In this document: positions 12,160 to 24,545 of the stretch, piece after piece
How positions within the stretch are numbered: position 1 is the stretch's first letter
Layout: the number at the start of each line of letters is the position of its first letter
Origin: Chiloscyllium plagiosum
Taxonomy: Eukaryota
DNA length: 64,000 bases
Direction of reading: 5' to 3'
NCBI RefSeq assembly: GCF_004010195.1
Contig: NC_057728.1
Location: 48,606,652-48,670,651, forward strand
The notes under the pieces: generated by a model
Seen by the model: only the letters and a program-made list of their open reading frames with translations
Database searches by the model: none
Told to the model about the DNA's origin: nothing
Made by a program: the position numbers and the translations under genes

Positions 12160-12855
12160 CAACAAACCCTCTTAGACAGCACCTTTCAAACCAACAACTG
12201 CTTCAATCTAGAAGGACAACCGCAGCATATACATGAGAACACCACCACCTGCAAGTTCCCCTTTAAGTCACTCACCATACTGTCTTGGAAATATATCATT
12301 ACTCCTTCATTGTCATGGAACTCCCTTCTCAACAGTATTGTGGGTTGATCTACAGCATATGGAATGCTGTGGTTCAAGAAGCCAACTCACCACCATCTTC
12401 TCAAGAGAAACTAGGATTGGCAATAAGTGCTGGTTCAGCCAATGACACCCACATCCCATTAATGAATGGAAAAAAAATTTGCATGCTTTTATAAATTTTC
12501 CAGAATAGTGTCCTAAGCCCAACCATTGTCAAGTACGTCATCAATGACCTTCCCTCCATCCAAAAATCGAAGGTGGGGACATTTGTTGATAATCGCACAA
12601 TATTCAACCATGATTGCAACTCCACAGATACTGATGCAATCCATGTCTAAATGCATCAAGACCTGGACAACATCCATTCTTGAGTTGATGGATGGCCAGT
12701 AACATTCACGCCATACTGGTGACAGGAAACGATCATATACAACAAGAGAGAATACAACCATCACTGCTTGACTTTCAATGACATTGCTGAATCCCCCATT
12801 ATAAACATCCTAAGGGTTACCATTGATCTGAAGCTGAATCAAACCAGCCATTCAA
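12160..12855 (+). mobile_element. Old LINE (L2/CR1-group) fragments
   Basis: Degenerate RT remnant (SVLSPTIVK..INDLPSI..VGTFVDN). 3' end resembles 16200-16660 and 45150-45390. Confidence 0.5.
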
Positions 12856-13383
12856 ATACTGCAATAATACATAAAAGCAAAACACTGCAGATGCTGGAAG
12901 TCTGAAAATTTCTGAAATAAAAAAAAGTGTTGGCGAAACTCAGCATGCTGGTAGCTTCTGTGGTGAGAGAAATTGAGTGAATGTTTCAAGTCCAATATGA
13001 CTCCATCAGAACTGAAAGGAGCTGAAAGATGATGCTTTATATGCTGGTGACAGAGGAGCAAGTAGAACAGATCATAGAGTAAGGGAGATACACAGATAGA
13101 AAACAGACCCAGTCCAACTCATCCATGCCGACCAGATATCCTAAATAAATCGAGTTCCATTTGTTAGCATTTGGCCCATAACTCTCTAAACCCTTCCTAT
13201 TCATGTACTCATCCAGATCCTTTTAAATATTGTAATTGCACCAGCGTCCACCACTTCCTCTGGCAGCTCACTCAATATATGCACATCCCTTTGCATGAAA
13301 CAGCTGCCCCTCAGATCAGTTTTAAATCTTTCCCCTCTCACTTTAAACCTATGCCCCCTCTAGTTTTGGATTCACCATCCCAG

Positions 13384-15617
13384 ACCCATGCTGGTCTGTT
13401 ACGTGCCCTTTATCTCTTCATCTCCAACTGTTGCCACACATTGACCCCCTCAACTTGCCTACCCCTCTCATCCACTCCAACCTCTCACCCTTGCAATGCG
13501 CAGCCCTCCATTCTCTCCGCTCTAACCCCAACCTCACCATCAAACCAGCGGACAAGGGGTGGGAGGTGCAGTCGTAGTTTGGCACACCAACCTCTACACT
13601 CCTGAGGCCAGGTGCCAAATCATGGACACCTCCTCCTACTGCCCCCTTGACCACGACCTCACCTCCAATCACCAAGCAATCATCACCAAGACCATCCACA
13701 ACCTCATCACCTCAGGGATCTCCTGTCCACACCCTCCAACCTCATAGTCCATGAACCCTGCTCCACCCAGTTCTACATCTGACCCAAGATTTAAAAATCC
13801 AACTGTCCCAGTTGACCCACTGTCTCTGCCTGCTCCTGCCCACCGAAAGTGTCTCCACATACCTTGACACCGTCCTGTCCCCCTTGTTCCAGGATCTCCC
13901 ACATACATTCGGGACACCGCCCATGCCTTCCACCTCCTCCATGACTTTCGGTTCCCCGGCCCCCAATGCCTCATCTTCACCATAGACATCCAGTCCCTGT
14001 GACAAAGGCCTCCATGTCTTCCTGTCCCACTGATCCTACCAGTATCCTTCCAACATATTCATTGGATTGGCTGAACTGGTCCTCACCCTCAACTATTTCT
14101 CCTTCAAATCCTCCCACTTCCTTCTGACCAAAGGGGGAGCCATGGGCACCTGCATGGACCCCAGCTATGCCTACCTCTTCATCGGGTACGTGGAACAGTC
14201 CATCTTGCGTAGCTACACCAGCACCATTCCCCACCTTTTCTTTTGTTAACTTCGATGTCTGTAGTGGCACCACCTCGTGCTTCCATGAGAAGGTTGAACA
14301 GTTCATCAACTTCATGAACACCTTCCATCTTGACCTAAAATTCACCTGGACCATCTCAACACTTCCCTCTCCCTCCATTTCCAGCGATCAACTCAACACA
14401 GACATCTACTTCAAACCTACCCACTCCCACAGCTGCCTGGACCGCACCGCCTCCTCCCACCCTCCTTCCTGTAAAAATGCTATTCCTTACTCCCAATCCC
14501 TCTACTGTGTCTGCTCCCAGGAGGACCAATTCCACTTCAGAACATCAAAGATGGTCTCTTACTTCAAGGACAGCAATTTATCCTCCCTTGTGGTCAACAA
14601 TGCCCTCCAGCACATCTCCTCCACTTCCTGCACCTCCACCCTTGAACCCACCCCTCCAACCGCACCGGACAGAACCCCCCGGTCTTTACTTTCTACCCCA
14701 CCAATCTCTGGATACAATACATTATCCTCCGCCATTTCTGCCACATACAGTCAGACCCCACCATCAGAGACATATTTCTCTTCCCACCCCTTTCAGCATT
14801 CCGCAGAGACCATTCCCTCCGTGACTCCCTCGTTATGTCCACCACCAACCCACCCTCCACTTCTGACACCTTCCCTTACTACCACAAGAGGTGTAAAACT
14901 TGCACCCACACCTCCCTCCTCACCTCCATCCTAGGACCCAAAGAATCCTTTCACATCCAGCAGAGATTTTCCAAACACTTCATTGATGTGGTCTCCTGCA
15001 CACTTGGGAGAAAGGGCGCCAACTTGTGGAACATTTCAGAGAACATCTCTGTGATACATGCACCTGATCAACTCCACCACATTGTGGACAACCACTTCAG
15101 CTCCCCCTCCCATTCTGACAAGGACATGCAAGTCCTGGGCCTCCTCCACTGTCAAATCCTAGCCACCTGACACCTGGACAAAGAATGCCTCATCTTCCGC
15201 CATGGGACCCTCCAATCACATGGGATTAATGTCAATTTCACCAGTTTCCTCATCTTCTCTCCCCTCACCCTATCCCAGATACAACCCTCCAACTTGGCAC
15301 TGCCCACTTGAACTGTCCCACTTGTCCATCTTCGTTCCCATCTATTCACTCCACCCTCCATTCCGACCTATCACAATTACCCCCAACCCCCACTTTCATC
15401 TATCTATTGCATTCCTAGTTACCTTCCACACAGCCCCACCTCCCCTCCCATCTATCTCTCAGCTCCCTTTAGCCCACTGCGCCCCCCACACATTTCTGAT
15501 GAAGAGCTTATGCTTGAAATGTCAACTCTCCTGCTCCTCAGATGCTGCCTGATGAGCTGTGCTTTTCCAGCACCACACCTTTTGACTCTGATCTCCAGCA
15601 TCTGCAGTCCTCACTTT
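13384..15617 (+). mobile_element. Penelope-like element (RT, GIY-YIG, pLTR), degenerate, 7-bp TSD
   Basis: IKPADKG, GGAMGTCMDPSYA and YFKPTHSH motifs; TSD ATCCCAG at 13377-13383 and 15618-15624. Confidence 0.9.
15496..15523 (+). ncRNA. Hammerhead ribozyme motif (aged)
   Basis: CUGAUGA-A-GAGC-UUAU-GCUU-GAAAUGUC. Confidence 0.55.
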
Positions 15618-16979
15618 ATCCCAGGGAAAAGACCTTGTCTATTCATCCTATCCATGCCACTCATGAATTTATAAACTTCCGAAAGGTTACCCCTCAGCCT
15701 CCGACACTCTGGAGAAAATAGCCCCAGTCTATTCAGCCTCTCCCTGTAGCTCAAACCCTCCAACCCTGGCAACATCCTTGTAAATCTTATCCGAACACAT
15801 CCTTCCTAGATGAGAGAGACCAGAACTGCATGCAGTATTCCAATAGTGACCTAACCAATGTCCTGTAGAGTCACATCATGATCTCCTTATTCCTGTACTT
15901 GATGCACTGACCAATAAACTAAAGCATACTAAACACCTTCTTCACTCTCCTATCTACCAGCGACTCCACTTTCAAGGAGCTATGAATCTGCACTGGTGAA
16001 TGTGCCCAGAGAAAAAGACAAAGGCAATGATAATGATGGTAAAGGAGTGATTGTCAAGGAAATGTTAGCTGTGAAAATGAGTCAATATCTCTGCTCCGCT
16101 GACAGCAAATACTGTGACTACAGGAGGAGGACAAAGGCTAGGAATTCTGTAGTGAATAACCCCCATAAAACCTTTCGATCAACTACAAGGTACACGAGAG
16201 GCATGTGATGAATACTCTCCATTTTCCTGAGCGGTTGCAGCTTCAAAAACAGGAAGTTCAAGGAATTAACATAGTCCACTTGACTGACACCCCATCCACC
16301 AACTTGAACATTTACTCCCTCTAACACCAATGTATAATGACAGCAGTTTGTGCCACCTACAAGGTGCATTGTAACAATTTACCGAAGTTTCTTCAACAGA
16401 ACCTTTCAAACCCACAACCACTACAACCAACAAGAACAAGAAACATAGCCACCCACAAGTTCCCTTCCATATCACACACCAGCCTGAATAGACACCATCA
16501 CTGCTTCACTTGCTAACAGCACTGTTGGTGTGTGTACACCACATGAGCTGCATGGTTCAACAATGTAACTCACACCCTCTTTGCAGCAGCAGTTAAGGAT
16601 GGGCAGGAAATATTGGCCTAGTCAGTAATGACTTCATTTCCATGAATGAAAAAAAAACTATCTTCATCTTAATTATCTCCAATCCTATCAGCACTCTTCT
16701 TGCTGGCCCCCTAAACCTTAAATAATATTGCCTGAACTCTGCTGCACGTCTTATCCTACATTACATCTGCTTACCCATCATTTCAGCCTGATCTGTAGCT
16801 ACTTCTTGTCTCAGCCTCCTCCAGAGGTTCGCCAACATTACAGATGCCAGTTTTCACCCACATATTATCAAGAAATGGCAGATGGCATTGCATCCACTGT
16901 ATGCATGGTAATGCTAACTATTCTGGGGATATTGGATGAAATCCTACTGCAGCAGAAGATGAAATTTATATTCAGTATA

Positions 16980-17180
16980 AATCTAGAATGAACAACCAGC
17001 TTAATGGTTACCATGTAATCACTGCTGATGGTTGCAAAGACAAAAAAAGGTTCACTAGTGTCCTTTAAGGAAGAAACTCTGACATCCTTACCTGGTCTGG
17101 CCTAATCTGACTCCAGACCCACAGCAGTGAGGTTTACTCTTAACTGCCCTGTGGGCAAGTAGGGATGGGCAATGCTGGGT
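16980..17180 (+). mobile_element. Old SINE family (copies also at about 39980-40255 and 56095-56400, minus)
   Basis: Shared GGTTCACTA(A/G)TGTC(C/T)TTTA(A/G)GGAA...CTTACCTGGTCT...GACTCCAGACC core. Confidence 0.6.
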
Positions 17181-17304
17181 ATGGTTAACACAGAGATTAA
17201 CTGTTTCAATACTAGGTAATTCCTGTCTTTGTGTCATATTTGTACATGGACATTGTCTAGCTGGGTGACTGAGCACACCAAAACATTGGAGGGTTGAGGG
17301 ACCT

Positions 17305-17335
17305 CTGATGAAGAGCAATCAAGACTTGAAACGTT
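17305..17335 (+). ncRNA. Hammerhead ribozyme motif in an old pLTR
   Basis: CUGAUGA-A-GAGC..GACUU-GAAACGUU. Confidence 0.5.
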
Positions 17336-17574
17336 AGCTTGCTCTCTCTCTGTGGATATTGCCTGACCTGCTGCGATCTCCAACATTTGTTGTTTTCAGT
17401 CCAGAAGAAAGATTGTTACAATCAACCCCCAATCCTGAATCCAAGGAATGATAAGTGTAATTGCAGCTGTCCTATTTAATTTCAGCTAAATGATCACAAG
17501 GCTAGGATTCCCTTTTGGTAGTACTTCCAATGCTGAAGGGTCACATATGCCTTCAGAGGCTTGTGCATAAACTA

Positions 17575-17710
17575 CAGGCTGACACAACAGTACAGAATTA
17601 AGGTAGCACTGCACTCATCTTTTAGATGCAACAATAAGCTTGGGTCTCTACTGCCCTCACAGGAGGGCAAGAGGAAATTCCATGGAACTATTTTGAAGAG
17701 GAGCAGTGAG
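17575..17710 (+). mobile_element. Degenerate Deu-domain SINE fragment
   Basis: Resembles the Deu core (TCTTTTAGATG...CCATGGAACTATTTTGAAGAGGAGCAG). Recognised from memory, not aligned. Confidence 0.4.
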
Positions 17711-17712
17711 CT

Positions 17713-17842
17713 AGGAGAAAGTGAGGACTGCAGATGTTGGAGCTCAGAGTCGAGAGTGTAGTGCTGGAAAAGCACAGCAGGTCAGGCAGCACAGTAGGAG
17801 CAGGAGAATCGACGTTTCGAGCCTTTGGATTCATCAGGATTC
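17713..17842 (-). mobile_element. Short hammerhead-headed pLTR insertion
   Basis: Minus strand CCTGATGAA...CTCGAAACGTCGATTCTCCTGCTCC...CTGCAGTCCTCACTTTCTCC. Confidence 0.75.
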
Positions 17843-18053
17843 CTGCTCCTAACTGTTTTAAAGGTATACTTGCCTGTCTGCTCTGGGCTATATGCAGTTG
17901 TTAATCAGCTGCATTAGCCAATGTTTCTAATGTTCGCTGCCATGCTCCTTAAACTGTCTGTGCAATATTAAGATGCTAACATGCCAGACATTCTTCTGGC
18001 TGAATGTCAAAATAACTGAAAGTCATCTGCGTTACCTGCCATCTGAATTGCCA

Positions 18054-18266
18054 AGATTAGATAAGATTACTTACAGTGTGGAAACAGGCCCTTCGGCCCA
18101 ACAAGTCCACACCGACNNNNNNNNNNNNNNNNNNNNNNNNNNNNNNNNNNNNNNNNNNNNNNNNNNNNNNNNNNNNNNNNNNNNNNNNNNNNNNNNNNNN
18201 NATTGAACCCGGGTCTCTGGCGCTGTGAGGCAGCAGTGCTAACCACTGCGCCACCGTGTCGCCCAC
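18054..18266 (-). mobile_element. HE1-type SINE spanning an assembly gap
   Basis: Tail at 18054-18116, head at 18202-18266, N run at 18117-18201. Confidence 0.85.
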
Positions 18267-18956
18267 CAAGGATTAGTCCATGTGTGTACTTTAATTCCCA
18301 AAGTAGGCACTGATAGCACATCCATACTACTGTGTGGATGAAGTTCTGACTATTACTAACACTGCTGGTTCTTTCTAAACAACCCAAATCACAGGGTCAT
18401 GTTTTCAGTGGCATTGTATGAGAAAAAAAAAGCATGAAGGTTTTCTTTTCAAGATAAGCCACTTCACCATGGTTGCAGAATATCACTGGTAACATTTACA
18501 AACATGGATGCATTTCTTAGCGACAACAATATAGGACTGTTATCTCAGGATCTAGAGATTCAGAAGCAATGCAATCTGCTGAAAGGACAACAGGGTTAGT
18601 AACATGCGCCGATCATCTGCAGGATCAAAATTACCAGCAACTATTTCCAAGACTGCTGTCCTGCTAACCTACAGACATGGTTATTCTATCACTTGCTCGT
18701 AAACACATGCCTGCACATTACTCTTCCTTTCACTTCATTTTCATGCATTATGCTTTCCTTCTGCAACCTTGACAAAAGCTATGAGTGGGTTGCAATATCT
18801 TTTGGATTTTGATTAAGACTGCAAAGGATTTCTTTGATACTACGACAACTTTCAAAGGGGAACTGGATAAATACTTGAAAGAAAAATAGTGCTTTACTGT
18901 GGGTAAAGAGCAGGGAAATGTGACTGATTGCTAATCTCTTTTGAAGACAGTCAGAA

Positions 18957-19148
18957 GTCACACAACACAGGGTTACTGTCCAACAGGTTTATTTTGAAAT
19001 CACAAGCTTTCCGAGGGCTGCTCCTTCATTAGGGGAAGTGTTTTGAAGAGAAGGGCTTATGCCCAAAACGTCGATTCTCCTGTTCCCTGGATGCTGCCTG
19101 ACCTGCTGCGCTTTTCCAGCAACACATTTTCAGAAGTGTTTTGAAGAG
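18957..19148. mobile_element. Family-2 pLTR fragment (minus) plus an 82-bp family-1 insertion with 16-bp TSD
   Basis: GAAGTGTTTTGAAGAG at 19035-19050 and 19133-19148. Confidence 0.8.
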
Positions 19149-20753
19149 CCAGGCAGGCATGAAGGGCTTTGTATTGTGCTATGATTATTTTTTATTCACT
19201 GGTAAGACATGGGCATCGCTGGATGGGTCAGTGTTTATTGTCCTTTCCTTAATGTTCACATCACTTTAAATTTCAACCAATTAAGATTTTCCATTCCCAT
19301 CATTAAAGTCTACATCCAAATCTGCACCTGCAATTGCACATCATTATTTTATGAGGTTGATTTTTTTTTTGTTAGGTTTTGCATCTATTTCTAAATATTT
19401 GGTATCAAACATCACCAGTGTAAGGAAATATGCCTCCAATATCTGAGCTGCAACCCTGCAAGATAGCTGATTCTGTGATGTTCAGACAACCTTCCCTTCC
19501 TAAAGAAGCTCTTCAGTACCAGACAAATCTCCTAATTTAAGCAGCATCAATTATGTACACCATAAAATGACAGCAAACAGATGAAAGAATTATTGCCAGA
19601 ACCAAACATCTATCCCCAAGATGACTGATCTACATTGCCAGCACACAATTACCATTTTATCTAAACAAAAGTAAATTCGATTTGTCCTGCAGATTATCAG
19701 ATTATTTTCCTTGGCAACCTTATATTAAATTCTGGACTGTAGCAGTTTGAGATCAATACCTGGAGAAAGAGACATTAAAATCAGTTAAATTTTGAAAAAT
19801 ACTCAAGTTGCAGGTGGTATTTCAGCAACATCTATTCATCACTGAAAGTGCAGTTGAGAATTCTGTTTCATTATTTTTATAACACACATTTCAACAAAAG
19901 GGGAAATTGTGATGTAGTCTCAGATTTATGAATGTTTGGTATGATTACTATATTTTTGATTTTACTAGCCTTTGTACAATTGAAGATGTTTCAATTTTTT
20001 TTCTATGTGCAAATAAGTATAACAGGAAATATTTGATGCTCAAAAGATCATTCAGATAGACTCTACATAACTCATCAGTAATTATTATATTCATTCATCC
20101 TGGTATGTGTAATATTTTAAATTCTGAACAACAAGTGGAATAAATTTCACTAAATGAGTGGTACATTTTAGAGAAATAACTAAGAAACATGAAATCATTA
20201 AATTGTAAACTAAAACTTCCATCTGACACACTTCATATGAAATACTCATGCACACATTTGTTTATTAGCTTGATTTTGACAAATAAACGTAAAGGTGCTT
20301 GCCTGAGGAAGGGAACAGGGAGCTCATATACTGACCACTTCTGGGAACAGTTACGAAAACAAATGGGGTATGTTGGAAAGAAAATTTGTGTAATATAAAC
20401 AGGCTGCAAGAGAAACAGCAAGTTTGAAAAGCTAAGAGGTCTGAAAGAGGAAGGTCCATGTCCTCTATTATAAGGTTTTTTAAAACTTTAAAAATTAAAT
20501 AAGTAAATCTAGTTTATTTAAATGTTTGGTTTTGGATCAGAGGAATGTTTATTTTCTGCTGCTAAGGTTGAGTTTCCTCAATGCTGTGGAATGATTCAGA
20601 GCCCTGGAGTAACTTTGAACTTACATAATAGAGCTGCGCATTATTGGATATAAATAGCACATGGTGGGCAGAGCCAAAACACTGTAGAATGAGAAGGCCT
20701 TGAGATCACTTGGATATGAACGCATGAAGAAAATATATTAATATAACCCATAG

Positions 20754-20935
20754 TTGAGAGTGTGGTGCTGGAAAAGCACAGCAGGTCAGGCAGGGATGAG
20801 GCCTTATTCCTAATGAAGGGTTTATGCCCAAAATGTCGATTCTCCTGCTCCTCAGATGTTGCCTGACCTGCTGTGCCTTTCCAACACCACACTCTTGACT
20901 CTGATCTCCAACATCTGCAGTCCTCACTTTCTCCA
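20754..20935 (+). mobile_element. Short pLTR element with inverted 5' segment
   Basis: 20756-20792 is the reverse complement of about 20860-20896. Degenerate hammerhead at about 20810-20838. Confidence 0.75.
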
Positions 20936-21561
20936 ACTAAAAGCCATGACCTGGTTTATCTAGGATTATCACAAATAACAGTATTTAATATGAAAGTTTA
21001 ATAATATGTGCCTTTGAATTCTAAGTCTAAAGACAATTCTTAGTCCTTGCTTTCTCTTCAACAAGTCTGTCTCAAACCCAAACTTAGTGTGGCAAAAGAA
21101 TCACAGAACAAAGATAGTAGCAGCTACAGGTTCCCTGTCTAGAAAATTATAACAGCCAACATCAAGAAATGAACCGAGAAGAATTTCAATAAAATCATCT
21201 TTCAAAAATTTGGCAATACACATTCGATACTAGCTCATGATCAAAAAAGACAGAGTTGTACATCTGCTGTACAGGAAACATCTCAGAACAGGAACTATTC
21301 CAAAGAAACCATCAGAAAACTGAAAGTCTCCAAAACCCTTTTCCAGCCAGTCATAGGGAAAACAAGCCTTTAAGAAAATTAGTCAGATCAGTATGAGCCA
21401 CTTGCAACTAAGGGGATAAATCCAAACTGAGTACCACAAAAGAGGTTGATTGCCAACACTCAGAACAAATTTGACCTTTAAGGGAAAGGACACAAAAGTT
21501 TCATTTTGTAAAGCTAGGCTGACGAGAACAGTTAAGAATTCTAACAGTGAGTTCACAAATA

Positions 21562-21782
21562 CACCGTGGCTTAGTGGTTAGCACTACTGCCTCACAGCAC
21601 CAGGGTCCCAGGTTCGATTCCAGCCTCGGCTGTCTGTCTGTGTGGAGCACCCGGAGAAAACCCACACAGACATGGGGAGAATGTGCAAACTCCACACAGT
21701 CAGTCGCCTGAGGCAAGAATTGAACCCAGGTCTCTGGCGCCTGTGAGGCAGCAGTGCTAACCACTGTGCCACCATGCCGCCC
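21562..21782. mobile_element. Two HE1 SINE 5' halves fused in inverted orientation
   Basis: + head 21562-21647 joined at GGAG to a - head 21644-21782. Confidence 0.85.
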
Positions 21783-21789
21783 ACAACTG

Positions 21790-22455
21790 GGAGGGCCTCA
21801 ACTGGGATGTTGGGTCCACATCACACTACAGGTGACCCCATTGCACTATACAAGCACACAGACACTCACACACACTCCCACACTCACACATGCACCCTCT
21901 CACAGACTTAGACCTCTTTACACTCACACAAACACGCATACACACTCTCTCTCACAAACCCCCATTGCTCCTCCAACACACACAAACCCACATATATGTT
22001 TGTGGGGTGAATTTGTACTTGTAGAGTTACATTGTACTCAGAAACTGCATGAATCCATGTAAGTTTCTGTTAATTCATTTTTTAGATTAGAACCAGTCTA
22101 AACACTATGGTACAGACAGCAGTACACAGGGGGCTAACACCTTCAATACTTTATCTGGGCTGACACCAATTGTTAAAGTTTATCTGAGAATGTAACTTTT
22201 AAAAACAGTTTTGTGATTTACATATGAAAGAAGTGAAATTAACATGGTCATTCTAACAGATGAGAGACTTAACAAATAATCAAGGTATTTTTCAATGTAT
22301 AATTTCATTTACATCACACTGTAATTTTTGCTCTATATTCTGTGTCTTACAATTGTGTACTCCACAACCACCTGACGAAGGAACAGCGCTCTGAAAGCTA
22401 CTGTTTCCAATTAAACCTGTTGGACTATAACCTGGTATTGTGTGATATTAACTTT
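21790..22455 (+). mobile_element. PLE family-2 3' end/pLTR with CA-rich tract
   Basis: GLNWDVG endonuclease end, CA-rich UTR, hammerhead motif; matches 9138-9352. Confidence 0.7.
22372..22400 (+). ncRNA. Hammerhead ribozyme motif, AGCU-palindrome type
   Basis: CUGACGA-A-GGAAC-AGC-GCUCU-GAAAGCUA. Confidence 0.55.
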
Positions 22456-23039
22456 ATTATCTTAGTAATTTTAATAACAAATTAAGGCTCTGTTCAACAT
22501 TTATGATGTTTTATTGCTTTTATTTATTAAAATACAACAAAACTGAATAAAGAAAAAGAGCATGAATCTTATGCGGTGCCAAATTCAGCACAAAAATATC
22601 TCAGATACAGAAAAACATCAGCTTAAATGAAGTCATCTTTGCCATTAAAAACTCATTGATTCTTATTGAATGAAGGCATTCTAATAAAGTTTTATCCACA
22701 ACTCTTTGGGAAATCTTCCTGCTAGCTTGTAACAGGAGTATTTACATATGTCTCCTTGAAGGCACCATTTTGTAAAGGAAAACTAAGCTTTACATTGAAA
22801 CTAGCAGAATGTTCACTTGCTTCCAGCTTTAGAATTACAACAGCAATCTTTATACAAGGAAGATTCTAAAGATTCAACAACAATTCTAACCAATCAAGAA
22901 CATCAGAAAGTGAATGTAGTACAAGGAAAACCAAATCAAGAAAATAACTAACAACCTAAAATGTGAATTAACAATCAAACAAATGCTACAAAGTTCACTG
23001 ATATCAATCATTCCACCATAAAAATTTAAGCTTTGAGAT

Positions 23040-23490
23040 CTATTTGATGGATCGGTGAATTGGCAGACATAGATAGCTCACTTCCTGAAATTTCAAACAG
23101 CTTCTAGATTGGACACCAAATCAACTATAGAACAGGATAGCATACCTTTCCATTCCCTCTGAAGAACATAAGATCATGGGTTACACAGAAAACAGACTGA
23201 TGAGAAACAAATTATGTTTGACAGACTCCTGATAGCTTTTGATCAATATTTCAATTTGTGAACAAATAATACACTGGATCACATTTCAATAGCAGGTACA
23301 ACTCCCAGGAGAGTCTGTGGATGGTTTCATTAATGATTTGTATATACTACCTGGACCATGCAACTACAGAAACTTACGTCAGGAGCTCATTTGCAACAAA
23401 GCTGTCATTGGTTTGTTTGATAGATCAATCATAGAACTTCTTAAATCAAAGAGGATGTAACTCTCGACAGAGCAGCCCAAATAACAGTGT
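23040..23490 (+). mobile_element. Ancient Gypsy-type gag relic
   Basis: With stops and frameshifts reads NWQT.IAHFLKFQTASRLD...FDQYF...QLPGESVDGFINDLYIL..CNYRNLRQELICNKAVIGLFD, a retrotransposon gag/MHR-like pattern. Confidence 0.7.
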
Positions 23491-24387
23491 AGTTTAGGAA
23501 ACTGCAAAGAAGCATTATGCAGTGAAGATTCCACCTAATTAAATCTTTCAACAGATCATGTTGATTAATTAAAGCCCAAGAAATGATCTGATCAGATAAG
23601 GCAGGCATCTGAACAATAAACTGCATGTGACACCATCAACACAAAATCCTAAGCAATCTGATACTGCAGTGTTTTGTGCTTCTAAAACCCCATGTCAGTG
23701 ACAACAAAACCATCCAGTCTTCCATCAACAATACACTCATTGTCGCAAAATCAGTCACTTCTCAAACATGTGCTGCAGCCTGGAGAATATACCAAACACA
23801 AATGAAATTATTCCCACCAATATCATGTATATTCGTGCTTTGGAACAGAATCTCAAAGAGCAAATGCATACTGCAAATGAACAAACTTCTGTACATCTAC
23901 AATACAACGCACAGATGGATTCCTTCATTTTTTCTAGGGGTACTGATACTGATAACTAATGCTACTAATGGAGAAGAAGTATAACTGCCTTGTACTTCTC
24001 ATACATTCTTGCAGTTACATTGCACAAGTTCCATCATCCAGATCAATTAAATCCCTGGTCTACCAGAAGCCAGTAAAAAACAAACAAAACCACTAAGTTT
24101 ACTTCAAGTCTTTCCACTTTTTCACACTGATGAATCAATTCAGAGACCTGGAAAGGAGGTGGAAGAAATAAGGACAAAATGTACAGTAAATGCTATAAAA
24201 AGAAATAACCTAGATAATTTAATTGAGAATGCGTAATCAAGATTTACGACAGGGAAAAATGCTTTGGGAAATGCGGGGAGGTGTTGAGTAAGGGTTCCAG
24301 AACCCTGGAGAAACCTTGCAGGGATGTCATGAGGTGTACCTCACTGGATATAACTAGAATAGTGTAGATAGGGTTAGAATATTCTAG

Positions 24388-24545
24388 TCAAGAGTGTGGT
24401 GCTGATAAAGCACACCAGGTCAGGATGAAGGGCTTTTGCCCGAAACATTGATTTTCCTGTTCCTTGGATAATGCCTGACCTGCTGTGCTTTTCTAGCACC
24501 ACACTCCTAACTCTAATCTCCATCATCTGCAGCAACCGCTTTCAC
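24388..24545 (+). mobile_element. Short pLTR element with inverted 5' segment and 14-bp TSD
   Basis: TTAGAATATTCTAG at 24374-24387 and 24546-24559; GATGAAGGGCTTTTGCCCGAAAC inside. Confidence 0.85.

Larger units (their letters stand above)
13072..15995 (-). mobile_element. CR1 3' fragment split by a PLE insertion
   Basis: CR1 sequence at 13072-13383 resumes collinearly at 15618-15995. Confidence 0.85.

Noticed and set aside
10638..12377. Two ORFs sharing VSDLKGNLQVVVFSCICCGCPSRLKQLLV
   Set aside because: Explained by the inverted DNA duplication, not a gene family.
19652..19759. Strong minus-strand acceptor tctctttctccag with a possible donor
   Set aside because: Stops in all three frames; at most a non-coding exon.
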